DNA of 64,000 nt from an uncultured virus (IMG/VR IMGVR_UViG_3300030330_001255) (IMGVR_UViG_3300030330_001255); one strand, 5' to 3'; shown: positions 40,446 through 48,346, counted from the first letter of the stretch. The notes: generated from the letters alone by a model not told the origin. Numbers and translations are program-made.

Positions 40446-40736
40446 ATGGCTGCAAAACGTAAGAAATCTAAATATCGACATGTTGTTATCAAGAACAAGA
40501 AGTATTACTTCTATTCTATAACCTGGGTCGACATCACGGGTGATTCGGGGCATTGTACATCAGAAGAGTTTATGAAGTTTAAACCAAGTATAATGGTCAC
40601 CCAAGCATATCTATTTAACAAAGATAAGAAAAACGTTAGAACCTTTGCTTCGTATGAACAGGGTGATGAATTATTTTCTGATCGTAATGTATTTCCAAGA
40701 GGTTGTATTTTAAAAATGGAAAAGGTTAATCTTTAG
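40446..40736 (+). CDS. Hypothetical protein
   Basis: ITWVDITGDSG...RNVFPRGCI motifs. Confidence 0.7.
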   Translation: MAAKRKKSKYRHVVIKNKKYYFYSITWVDITGDSGHCTSEEFMKFKPSIMVTQAYLFNKDKKNVRTFASYEQGDELFSDRNVFPRGCILKMEKVNL

Positions 40737-41265
40737 ATTTATCTGTATCTTCTAGGTTTTGTTTGATCTGTTTTACATCTACCTCACCAATTAATGTAGA
40801 GTGATCTGATACTAACTTCATAAATTTGTCCTCTAGTTGTTTGGCATCTAAGTTTTCTATCTTGCCCGTCAACGATAATATCTTTTTCTGATCAACATAC
40901 AGCCCGCCAACTTTACCCCTTGCTACCTCTGCATTCACAGCAGATGAGAATGACCTCCTGACCAGTGCCTGATCCCTAATTTTAGCAAGTTCTGCCAGAT
41001 GCCCGTCCATAGATATGTCGTATTTCTTTCTTGCTTCTTCTCGTAGTTCTGCAATGTAATTATAAACCACAGGAAAATATTTTGGACTTTGTAGTTGAGA
41101 TGCTTTTACCCGCGCTGTATCCTTCGGGTAGCCCGCCTCTATAGCACATTCAGTGCCCGTCATCTTACCAGCTTGTGAGACCAGTAGTTCTGCAAACTTT
41201 CGCTGTTTCTCGGTGAGATGTCTAGAGATCCCTCTTTTTGGTTTTGGTACTGGTACTTTTTCCAT
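40726..41265 (-). CDS. Terminase small subunit-like HTH protein
   Basis: LTEKQRKFA...AIEAGY...ASQL and SAVNAEVARGK motifs; start probably 41265. Confidence 0.7.
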   Translation of the reverse strand: MEKVPVPKPKRGISRHLTEKQRKFAELLVSQAGKMTGTECAIEAGYPKDTARVKASQLQSPKYFPVVYNYIAELREEARKKYDISMDGHLAELAKIRDQALVRRSFSSAVNAEVARGKVGGLYVDQKKILSLTGKIENLDAKQLEDKFMKLVSDHSTLIGEVDVKQIKQNLEDTDKSKD

Positions 41266-41298
41266 AATTATGTTACATGTAATTAAAGTTAATTTAAT

Positions 41299-41526
41299 AT
41301 GTTTGTTAAGCATTTGCAAGAGTATTTAGACAAGTTCACAGACGGCAAGAAGGGTAATGCCGTCAGCAACGCCCGTATATTTATGGAATCTGAAGACGGA
41401 CATCTTGAAGAGATCAGACGTATTGAAGTCCAAGAATCTACAATCATTGGGCAACCCTCAATTAGAGTGGTCTTGAAAGGAACATCTAACAAGAAAATTA
41501 TATCTAAAACTTTTAAACAGACGTAG
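41299..41526 (+). CDS. Hypothetical protein
   Basis: ORF divergent from terS. Confidence 0.55.
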   Translation: MFVKHLQEYLDKFTDGKKGNAVSNARIFMESEDGHLEEIRRIEVQESTIIGQPSIRVVLKGTSNKKIISKTFKQT

Positions 41527-41854
41527 ATTTTTTTAAGTTATCTATTATACTTTCAAAATCAGATAAATCATCACTCACAATATAATGCTTGTTATTATCT
41601 TTCCATGTTATTAAATCATTTAAATCAAGTTTTAATGATTTATAATTGTTAATTAATTTTGAAATAGCTTTACAATCTTTATCATCTTCATCTGTCCAAG
41701 TTGATTTATTGCTTTCATAGGCATCATACTGCCAACTATTCCATTTATCCACTAGCCTCTGTGCCTGCTCCCTCTTCTCTTTTTTCTTTTTTTCGTATTG
41801 TTCTTGCTTATTCTTGCTATCTCTGTAGTCGTGTCCATCATCTCTTTGTGTCAT
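41513..41854 (-). CDS. Hypothetical protein
   Basis: GGAGG RBS before MTQRDD. Confidence 0.6.
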   Translation of the reverse strand: MTQRDDGHDYRDSKNKQEQYEKKKKEKREQAQRLVDKWNSWQYDAYESNKSTWTDEDDKDCKAISKLINNYKSLKLDLNDLITWKDNNKHYIVSDDLSDFESIIDNLKKSTSV

Positions 41855-42062
41855 TTTTAACCTCCACTCCATCTCCCTCTATGTTCTCTAATAAGTTTAA
41901 ACTTCTCGCTATATCTTTTGCTGTTTCTTTACAAATACAATAGGCAATAATATTTGTTTTACCATTTTGATAGTCAACATTTACTGCTGTTTCATCAGAA
42001 AAATATCTACCTTCAAAATATTCTTTATCTATCATATCTTCAGTTATGTATTTATCGCTCAT
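41838..42062 (-). CDS. Hypothetical protein
   Basis: GGAG RBS; part of the leftward operon. Confidence 0.6.
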   Translation of the reverse strand: MSDKYITEDMIDKEYFEGRYFSDETAVNVDYQNGKTNIIAYCICKETAKDIARSLNLLENIEGDGVEVKNDTKR

Positions 42063-42211
42063 ATTATTCTTTCTCCGTTTTAATTTAATCCGATAGGCGC
42101 GAGGTCATAACAACCTCTCCACGCCTATCTTAGGAGGCCTTTAGCCCAAAGTTATTAATTACTAACTTTGATACAGGTTCTACCTTACCTATTCTACGTC
42201 TAGAATTCATA

Positions 42212-42481
42212 TTATTCTTTCTGCTCGCTCGCTTGTTGATTATAATAATGCTCGTACCCTGCATAATTTTCAATAACTTTGCCCGTGTTTACATCTTCTC
42301 TATACACTTCCATATATTTACAATCTTTACATTCAAAAATATATCCTTCCTCGCTATCTTTAAAATCTTCATAACAAGCATTATCACTTTTACACTTGCT
42401 ACACTTCCAATCTTTTACAAAACTACTCATATTATTCTCTCGGCAAGTTCTTTCGTAAAAATTCTTCAATCTCACGTCCAT
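42212..42481 (-). CDS. Zn-ribbon protein
   Basis: CSKC...CKDC; start uncertain. Confidence 0.6.
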   Translation of the reverse strand: MDVRLKNFYERTCRENNMSSFVKDWKCSKCKSDNACYEDFKDSEEGYIFECKDCKYMEVYREDVNTGKVIENYAGYEHYYNQQASEQKE

Positions 42482-42617
42482 TCTTGCATTTTTTTAAACC
42501 CTCTTCCCACTCCCTATCTTTTATGAGCCTGTTCACTACAAAAAATATAATGATACTAGCCACACTTATTGCTAGGATACCAACGAAAAGCATTCCAAAA
42601 CCATATTCTACTGTCAT
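42432..42617 (-). CDS. Small membrane protein
   Basis: N-terminal TM helix. Confidence 0.55.
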   Translation of the reverse strand: MTVEYGFGMLFVGILAISVASIIIFFVVNRLIKDREWEEGLKKCKNGREIEEFLRKNLPRE

Positions 42618-42826
42618 CTCGTACCTATATATTTCTTTGCGTCCTTCTCATTTGGAAAGAATTGAGAAGAGAACGAATTATTATTTACGGCCTTCAGTAA
42701 TCTATTTAATTTAATCTTCTTAGGTCTTCTTGATCCTGCCTTGACCTGCCAAACATACAAATCTTTTTTCATTGTCATATAGCGAAGTCCTTCTCTAGTT
42801 GTGGGAAAGGATATTTCTCTCTCCAA
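42614..42826 (-). CDS. Hypothetical protein
   Basis: Coupled ORF; real start may be ~42778. Confidence 0.5.
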   Translation of the reverse strand: MEREISFPTTREGLRYMTMKKDLYVWQVKAGSRRPKKIKLNRLLKAVNNNSFSSQFFPNEKDAKKYIGTR

Positions 42827-43071
42827 AATCTTCCGTTGTATGAGAAGTATCCAACATATTTATCATTCTTGTACACTTTAGGCGGAATAAAATTGCCACC
42901 GCCTAAATCATTCTCGTCTCTGTATATCGTCACCATATCACGTAGTATTGATAATTTTTTATGACCTATATTTTTGATTTCCTCTGTACCCCAAACCCGT
43001 TGTGTAGGGTCTTGTTTAAAATCGGGATTACCAACATTGGTTAATAGTTTAATAAAAAATTTATCTTTCAT
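42775..43071 (-). CDS. Hypothetical early protein
   Basis: GNPD...LGGGNF...SYNGRFW motifs. Confidence 0.7.
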   Translation of the reverse strand: MKDKFFIKLLTNVGNPDFKQDPTQRVWGTEEIKNIGHKKLSILRDMVTIYRDENDLGGGNFIPPKVYKNDKYVGYFSYNGRFWREKYPFPQLEKDFAI

Positions 43072-43464
43072 TTAACACTCTGCCGTAAATTGACACTCGC
43101 CATTTTTTTGAACGCAATTTCTGATCTTAATACCTAATTTAAGTCTTGCGTAAGTAGCGTAGTATCTATTAAATTTATCAGATGGCATATCTTCGTTATA
43201 TGTTTCCTTAAACCAATCTTTGACAATCTCATCATTATATCCGTTTGTAGCCTTGAAGAAATAGTTTAGCTTGTCTTTGTATTCACCAAGTTCCTCTTCA
43301 CATAATTTAATACCCTCGTTGATGTCCTCTAGATTAGTCTCATCAAAATAGTATTCAAGAACTGACGGCTCTGTGCCTATCACTCCAAAATTGTCAGCGT
43401 CATTGCTAGGTTGTACTGCGAAAGCAAACTTACCTTCAATATCGCCATTATAGTATCTACCCAT
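43072..43464 (-). CDS. Hypothetical early protein
   Basis: MGRYYNGDIEGKF start; AAGGAG RBS. Confidence 0.75.
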   Translation of the reverse strand: MGRYYNGDIEGKFAFAVQPSNDADNFGVIGTEPSVLEYYFDETNLEDINEGIKLCEEELGEYKDKLNYFFKATNGYNDEIVKDWFKETYNEDMPSDKFNRYYATYARLKLGIKIRNCVQKNGECQFTAEC

Positions 43465-43513
43465 TTTTTTTACTCCTTGTATTGTGGGGGTAGTTGCCCA
43501 CCCCCTTTGGGAA

Positions 43514-44077
43514 CTAATTAGTTTTGTCCTTTGGTCTCGCTCCCTGCATGATCAATGAACCGCTATCTCCTACCGCTTGTTTCAATGCTTTGCCTATTTT
43601 ACCAAGCATATCAACCTCTGACATAGAAGGCTTATTATTTTTATAGTCTTTGTGATCTACAACTCTCTCAAAGTTTGACCAATAGACTAGGCCAATATCA
43701 TAAGCATTATTACCTAACATACTCTTAGGAATATAATTGCTCTCCGATACGTGCCACTCTCCACCTTTATAGATGTAGATGTATTCAATCATAGTCGCAC
43801 CGCTATTCTCATACATCAAACAATATTCGTTGTTGTATGTTGCGGTATCATTGTGATTATCTCTGTCCCAATCTCTTTTATAGAAACTACACTCGTTTGT
43901 AGTTTTGCCAAGATATGAACAATCTCCATAATCAAATAACTTGATTGCTTTGTCATATGTTGCGTAATGCTCGACAAGTAATTTGCCGTTGCCCTCAACA
44001 TATCCATCTGAATGAACATAAATAGATTTAACATCTCTATTTGGTAGTTCAATCGCCACTAATGATCTAGTCGACAT
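43514..44077 (-). CDS. Hypothetical early protein (YxHxDGY family)
   Basis: MSTRS...IYVHSDGY; AAGGAG RBS; TTGACT promoter at ~44140. Confidence 0.75.
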   Translation of the reverse strand: MSTRSLVAIELPNRDVKSIYVHSDGYVEGNGKLLVEHYATYDKAIKLFDYGDCSYLGKTTNECSFYKRDWDRDNHNDTATYNNEYCLMYENSGATMIEYIYIYKGGEWHVSESNYIPKSMLGNNAYDIGLVYWSNFERVVDHKDYKNNKPSMSEVDMLGKIGKALKQAVGDSGSLIMQGARPKDKTN

Positions 44078-44186
44078 TTTTGTACTCCTTTATTTCTTTC
44101 ATTAATTATGTGGTATAATACCTTAAAATTAATAAGTCAAGAAATAATTTGAAATAATTTTACCGCTATGTTAATTCAATTATTAG

Positions 44187-44552
44187 ATGAAAAAAGAGAA
44201 GGATTTGATCAAAAAATTAAAGTCATCTACTCCTCAAATAGTGTGGGATAGGATAGAGAATTTGGCGGTTTCAGGCGTTCCTGATCTGTTGGGATACAAC
44301 AAAAATAATAAATTTTTTACCATTGAAACTAAATTAGCAAAAGTTAATTCAGTGACGTTTAGACCTCATCAAATTGCGTGGCATGTACGTCATCCTGTCA
44401 ATGCTTTCATCCTGCTTTTTTCACAGAGACACCGAACCGCGAAACTTTTTAAAAGTACATCGATCCACGATCTGCGGAAGCTAGGACACAAGGCCACCGA
44501 CCACGTTGCGCTGTCATTTGACGAAATAAACAAATATCTATTGTCGTTGTAA
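44187..44552 (+). CDS. VRR-NUC / Holliday junction resolvase-like nuclease
   Basis: E...RIE...GVPDL...IETK...HQIAW motifs. Confidence 0.75.
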   Translation: MKKEKDLIKKLKSSTPQIVWDRIENLAVSGVPDLLGYNKNNKFFTIETKLAKVNSVTFRPHQIAWHVRHPVNAFILLFSQRHRTAKLFKSTSIHDLRKLGHKATDHVALSFDEINKYLLSL

Positions 44553-44590
44553 TGGGGTGGGGAGCCCGTCTACCGACCCCCACCCCCCAT
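44552..44590. repeat. GC-rich element copy 1
   Basis: GGGTGGGG-AGCCCG-...-CCCCACCC. Confidence 0.85.
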
Positions 44591-44605
44591 GTTTCACGTG
44601 AAACA
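44590..44605. promoter_or_regulatory. parS: parS site (perfect consensus)
   Basis: TGTTTCACGTGAAACA. Confidence 0.8.
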
Positions 44606-44655
44606 ACGAACCACTGCTCGACCCAAAATGAACATATACAACTAAAAAGTGATTG

Positions 44656-44671
44656 ACACCATATCTTGTGT
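44656..44671. promoter_or_regulatory. NrdR-box-like palindrome
   Basis: ACACCATATCTTGTGT versus consensus acaCwAtATaTwGtgt. Confidence 0.6.
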
Positions 44672-44704
44672 GCGACAATCTGCGCATTTACATGGCCGTG
44701 GCTA

Positions 44705-44743
44705 GGTGTAGGGAGGGGAGCCCGTGCCCCACCCCCACCCAAT
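44705..44743. repeat. GC-rich element copy 2
   Basis: GGTGTAGGGAGGGGAGCCCGTGCCCCACCCCCACCCAAT. Confidence 0.85.
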
Positions 44744-44789
44744 ATATATCCCCCCTATTATCATCAGCCTTGCCTAAATAGGGGAGAAA

Positions 44790-45077
44790 GACCAGCTACA
44801 ATAGGTCTAATCTAGAATACTACAACGTTGTAGCTGATCTAAGATCAGTGGTGAGAACTCGCATTTCTGCATCATCTATACTCACTTTGCGGATCACTGA
44901 CCTAAGATCAGTAGACGTCAGTTTAAAACATCTTTCAATTCACCAGAACAATCTGGCCGCCTCTTCTACTGATCAGGGAAGAACTGACATCGATCTCTAA
45001 AGCGCATCGCAATTACTTGCATACGTCAGTCCTTCCCAGATCAGGGGGCGATTGTTCTCCTTTCATCGCCCCACTGA
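44790..45077 (-). ncRNA. Candidate five-domain tandem hairpin RNA
   Basis: Five adjacent stems joined at GATC/CTGA junctions; G-U pairs and GNRA loops favour the minus strand. Confidence 0.6.
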
Positions 45078-45082
45078 ATAGT

Positions 45083-45466
45083 TTAAGCACTCTTCTTAGT
45101 GTACCTCTTTAGCAAATCGTTAAGGTATCCTTGATCCTTTATCGTATCCTTGTTTCCGCCATAACCTACATCGTAGATTGTAACGTGAAGATCTTTGTCG
45201 TTTGACCGACAACGAACCTCGTAACGATAATCAAGGTCGCCATGCCTGTTGTAGTGTGAAGTAAGTCTTATGTCTCCCTCACCATTTTTGTTGGCTGCCA
45301 CGAAACTAGCGGCAAACTCATCTGCCTCGTATCGTGGTAACTTCCAAGCTCTGTCCTTTGCGAAAGAAATGTACTGAAGAGCGTTCTCAGGATAGCCGTC
45401 CCAATGTTTGTAAACGTGGTACGTTTCTCTACCATCTGAGAAGCTATATACTGCTCTTGTTCCCAT
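45083..45466 (-). CDS. Hypothetical early protein (YxHxDGYP family)
   Basis: MGTRA...VYKHWDGYP; related to 43514-44077. Confidence 0.75.
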   Translation of the reverse strand: MGTRAVYSFSDGRETYHVYKHWDGYPENALQYISFAKDRAWKLPRYEADEFAASFVAANKNGEGDIRLTSHYNRHGDLDYRYEVRCRSNDKDLHVTIYDVGYGGNKDTIKDQGYLNDLLKRYTKKSA

Positions 45467-45578
45467 AACTTTTCAACCTTTTTTCATTTTCCTTTCTTAC
45501 CGCATAAAACCATACAAATATGGCAACAATATGACGAACATAAAAAAATATTTTTTATTTTTTTCTTGACATACTGCA

Positions 45579-45623
45579 GGGTGTAGAGTTGGGGAGGGGA
45601 GCCCGTGGCCTACCCCCACCCAT
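45579..45623. repeat. GC-rich element copy 3
   Basis: GGGAGGGGAGCCCGTGGCCTACCCCCACCCAT. Confidence 0.85.
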
Positions 45624-45635
45624 ATAAAAAAATTT

Positions 45636-45672
45636 AAAAAAAATACTCACAACCAAAGGTTGTGAGTATTTT
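45636..45672 (-). terminator. Intrinsic terminator
   Basis: AAAATACTCACAACC-AAA-GGTTGTGAGTATTTT with an A-run on the plus strand. Confidence 0.75.
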
Positions 45673-45702
45673 GGCGGTGCCTATTTGTAGGTACTTGTTA
45701 AT

Positions 45703-46689
45703 TTAAGCCGCCATCTGTTGCCACGGCTGACTAATCAGCATCTGAGCAACTTTTATCTCACGGTCTCTATTCACATTATGAGACCCCGCATTTTTTCTGA
45801 TATCAGACATTTCATAATCTAATTCAGATTTTCTACTTCCAGGATTTACTTTTTTTAATCTTAATTCCTGGTTGTGTGTCGACCAATGCGTAGCCGCGTT
45901 ATACACGTCCCAAACTGAAGGTTGTTGCGCTGATCTAACTTGACCATCACATAGTCTAGCTGATTCACGCATTACATATTCAAGAACGGGCTCTGAGTGT
46001 GTAGCGTCTTGACCTAATGCTTTTTGTTTAAATGACTTAGGCTTAGACGCAATTGTTTTTTTAATGACATCTTCAACTTCAATCCATGAGACTTTTTTCT
46101 TAGTCCATTTTTTGAATTTCTCAATATCATTATTAAACATTTGAGACGCATTTTTAATTTTTGCAATTTCAGAAGAAATTGAAAAACCTGTCGTATGTTT
46201 TTTAGAAATGACCATAGCAAATTGACCACTTACTAATCCATTCATACAAACAAAATTCAACGCGCCAAACGCTGAGAACCACGGCCATGAACCATCAAAA
46301 GAGTTATATAGATCTAACTTCAACGCGATCTTTTCACCCTCTGATACTTCAAATTGGTAGTTGTTGAAAATAATTGATCTTCTAGCTTTTCTACCACCGT
46401 CTAAAATCTGATCAGTAATAGAAACATTAGAACAATCTATATTTTCAGTTAAAACCTCATTGTACTTTTCAAGAATTTCAAAAGTTGACTGAGGTTTATA
46501 TTTTTCAGAGTGTACACCTACAATAGATGAAGACTCACCCTGTTTGCCTTTTCTTACTAGTACTAACTTGTTCATGGCATTGTTACAAAATTCACCTTTG
46601 TTCACTGGGTCTCTAACTTCCAATGGCATTGGTACAACTTCGTAATCAAACGCTGACAAGTCAGTTATATTTTTATGTTTATTTTCCAT
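45703..46689 (-). CDS. DUF932-family protein
   Basis: GVHSEKYKP, NSFDGS, FVCMNGL, KHT and WDVYNAATHW motifs. Confidence 0.8.
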   Translation of the reverse strand: MENKHKNITDLSAFDYEVVPMPLEVRDPVNKGEFCNNAMNKLVLVRKGKQGESSSIVGVHSEKYKPQSTFEILEKYNEVLTENIDCSNVSITDQILDGGRKARRSIIFNNYQFEVSEGEKIALKLDLYNSFDGSWPWFSAFGALNFVCMNGLVSGQFAMVISKKHTTGFSISSEIAKIKNASQMFNNDIEKFKKWTKKKVSWIEVEDVIKKTIASKPKSFKQKALGQDATHSEPVLEYVMRESARLCDGQVRSAQQPSVWDVYNAATHWSTHNQELRLKKVNPGSRKSELDYEMSDIRKNAGSHNVNRDREIKVAQMLISQPWQQMAA

Positions 46690-46818
46690 AATATATCTTT
46701 CTAGTACCTACAAAATAGGCAAATAATGTATACACCAAATAACAAATAAAAAAAACATTTATTTGTTATTTAATAAAAAAAATTTAGTGTTGCATCTTTA
46801 CTACATTCCGAAATTGCA

Positions 46819-46931
46819 TAACTACATCTTGTGTGTACCCCGTACCCCCGACCACTATATGTTGATATAGGTCAACATTGCTGCCACTACATATTGTGTT
46901 GTAATTTTACCACACACACAACATATGGTGT
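46819..46931. promoter_or_regulatory. Four tandem NrdR-box-like palindromes
   Basis: Boxes start at 46819, 46852, 46884 and 46916 (spacing 33/32/32 bp). Confidence 0.7.
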
Positions 46932-46946
46932 TGCAAAAATATCACA

Positions 46947-46991
46947 GGTGCGTGAGGAGGGTGGGGAAGCCCGCGTCCCGCCCCCACCCAC
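46947..46991. repeat. GC-rich element copy 4
   Basis: GGGTGGGGAAGCCCGCGTCCCGCCCCCACCCA. Confidence 0.85.
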
Positions 46992-47008
46992 AAAAATAAA
47001 AAAATAAC

Positions 47009-47043
47009 AAAAAAAATGGAGGCGATCTTTAAACCGCCTCCAT
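47009..47043 (-). terminator. Intrinsic terminator
   Basis: ATGGAGGCG...CGCCTCCAT with an A-run; near-duplicate at 47597-47629. Confidence 0.8.
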
Positions 47044-47065
47044 CTGAAAGGATTCTGTAATCCCT

Positions 47066-47431
47066 TTATAGTGCTGATTTTTCTTGGGCTTTTCTTTCAA
47101 TAATCCCAAGTTTACGATTCATCCATCGTTTTCTAGTAAGTGAAGTTATCCAACCTCTGTTTGTAACTTCAATTTTTAGTCCAAGATTTCTTTCGAATAA
47201 TTGAACTAACTCACCGTTACTTGGGTTATTTTTAAGAAATGGCACTTGATAGATAAGATCTAAAAATCTAATTCTGAATAATATTTCAGGCATAGTCTTT
47301 CTAGAAATTTCATCTACACAAAGTGCCATTAGTACATGACCCACTGAATCAGCTTCTGCTCTTGCAGAAACTTTCTTAAACTCTACTTCGTTGTAGTGTT
47401 TAAGACCTGTATAGTGTATATATAACGCCAT
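47066..47431 (-). CDS. Hypothetical early protein
   Basis: GAAAGGA RBS before MALYIHY; has its own promoter. Confidence 0.7.
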   Translation of the reverse strand: MALYIHYTGLKHYNEVEFKKVSARAEADSVGHVLMALCVDEISRKTMPEILFRIRFLDLIYQVPFLKNNPSNGELVQLFERNLGLKIEVTNRGWITSLTRKRWMNRKLGIIERKAQEKSAL

Positions 47432-47450
47432 AGTTTTTTTCCTTTCTGTC

Positions 47451-47490
47451 TGGTACAATACCACACACAAATCTACTTTCAACAACTATT
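47451..47490 (-). promoter_or_regulatory. Putative early promoter with TGGTA-N3-TACCA palindrome
   Basis: TTGAAA-16-TATTGT; duplicated at 48370-48410. Confidence 0.65.
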
Positions 47491-47500
47491 TTAAGAAATG

Positions 47501-47530
47501 TGTCCATTTTGGGTTTGTCCATTTTGGGTT
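47501..47530. repeat. Tandem 15-bp repeat TGTCCATTTTGGGTT x2
   Basis: Direct repeat; related inverted copies at 44620 and 48419. Confidence 0.8.
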
Positions 47531-47544
47531 TATTAGCGAGACTA

Positions 47545-47584
47545 GGTGTGAGGGCGGGGAAGCCCGCCCCCTAACCCCACCAAT
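47545..47584. repeat. GC-rich element copy 5
   Basis: GGTGTGAGGGCGGGGAAGCCCGCCCCCTAACCCCACCAAT. Confidence 0.85.
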
Positions 47585-47596
47585 ATTTTTTTTATT

Positions 47597-47629
47597 AAAA
47601 AAATGGAGGCGACTTTTACATCGCCTCCA
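47597..47629 (-). terminator. Intrinsic terminator
   Basis: TGGAGGCGA...TCGCCTCCA with an A-run. Confidence 0.8.
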
Positions 47630-47656
47630 CTGGTCGGACAAGACCCGCGCGTCTTG

Positions 47657-48091
47657 CTACATCTTCGGAAAGTGTTCTTTCCAAAGTTGGTCTGCTCTCT
47701 TATGGATCGCTGGCCAATCAGGTTTGTTATTCCAGGTTCTATAGTTAGGTTGAACCGCTTTAACAAACTGGCTGATGATCCATTCTTTAGTAACAGGTCG
47801 AGTCATTAAATTATTAATGATCTTTTCCCATTTTTCTAAAGTTTTGTATCTAGGATATAATCTTACAATTCCTAGACCAGTAAATGGATCTACAAGTTCT
47901 ACCTTTTTGTAACCCGTTGGGATCAAAATTAATTCGCTTGTCCCGCCAGTTATTCTGGTAATCTTGTAACCAGATCCTCTTAACATCTTATTAAGCTGCC
48001 ATATACACAACCCGTGATCTGTCACACGTCTTTCGTGATATCTCGGTCTTGTCTTATACGGACGGTCTTCTTTGTCTGTTAAGTTTACCAT
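47657..48091 (-). CDS. Hypothetical early protein
   Basis: GAAAGG RBS before MVNLTDK. Confidence 0.65.
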   Translation of the reverse strand: MVNLTDKEDRPYKTRPRYHERRVTDHGLCIWQLNKMLRGSGYKITRITGGTSELILIPTGYKKVELVDPFTGLGIVRLYPRYKTLEKWEKIINNLMTRPVTKEWIISQFVKAVQPNYRTWNNKPDWPAIHKRADQLWKEHFPKM

Positions 48092-48133
48092 CTCTACCTT
48101 TCTGCGGGGGAATCTCACCCCCGCTATTTTTTG

Positions 48134-48346
48134 TTATGATTGCATTACAATCATGTGACTTGGTACTTCAATGGACGTAACAGAATAATATTTTGTCTTG
48201 TCCGTACTACCATCTTCTTTATTCAACGCATCAGCGATAGCTTTTGCCGTTGACTCATGTTCGAAACATTTGTGATCGAACACGGTTGTCATAGGTCGAC
48301 CGATGTGTCTTTTATCAGCGACTATAACCATATAAAGTTTTTCCAT
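48134..48346 (-). CDS. Hypothetical early protein
   Basis: AAGGAGG RBS. Confidence 0.75.
   Translation of the reverse strand: MEKLYMVIVADKRHIGRPMTTVFDHKCFEHESTAKAIADALNKEDGSTDKTKYYSVTSIEVPSHMIVMQS

Noticed and set aside
41283..41297. CtrA box TTAA-N7-TTAA between divergent genes
   Set aside because: Several such matches are expected by chance in AT-rich DNA; no independent support
41746..41754. DnaA-box-like TTATCCACT
   Set aside because: Single, imperfect and inside a CDS
44449..44742. 97-aa minus-strand ORF
   Set aside because: Reads through the GC repeats and parS; no RBS; low-complexity product
44790..45077. CRISPR or TIGR array
   Set aside because: Unit lengths vary (about 30-70 nt), stems differ in sequence, and I recognised no cas or Nop-domain gene; kept only as a structured RNA candidate
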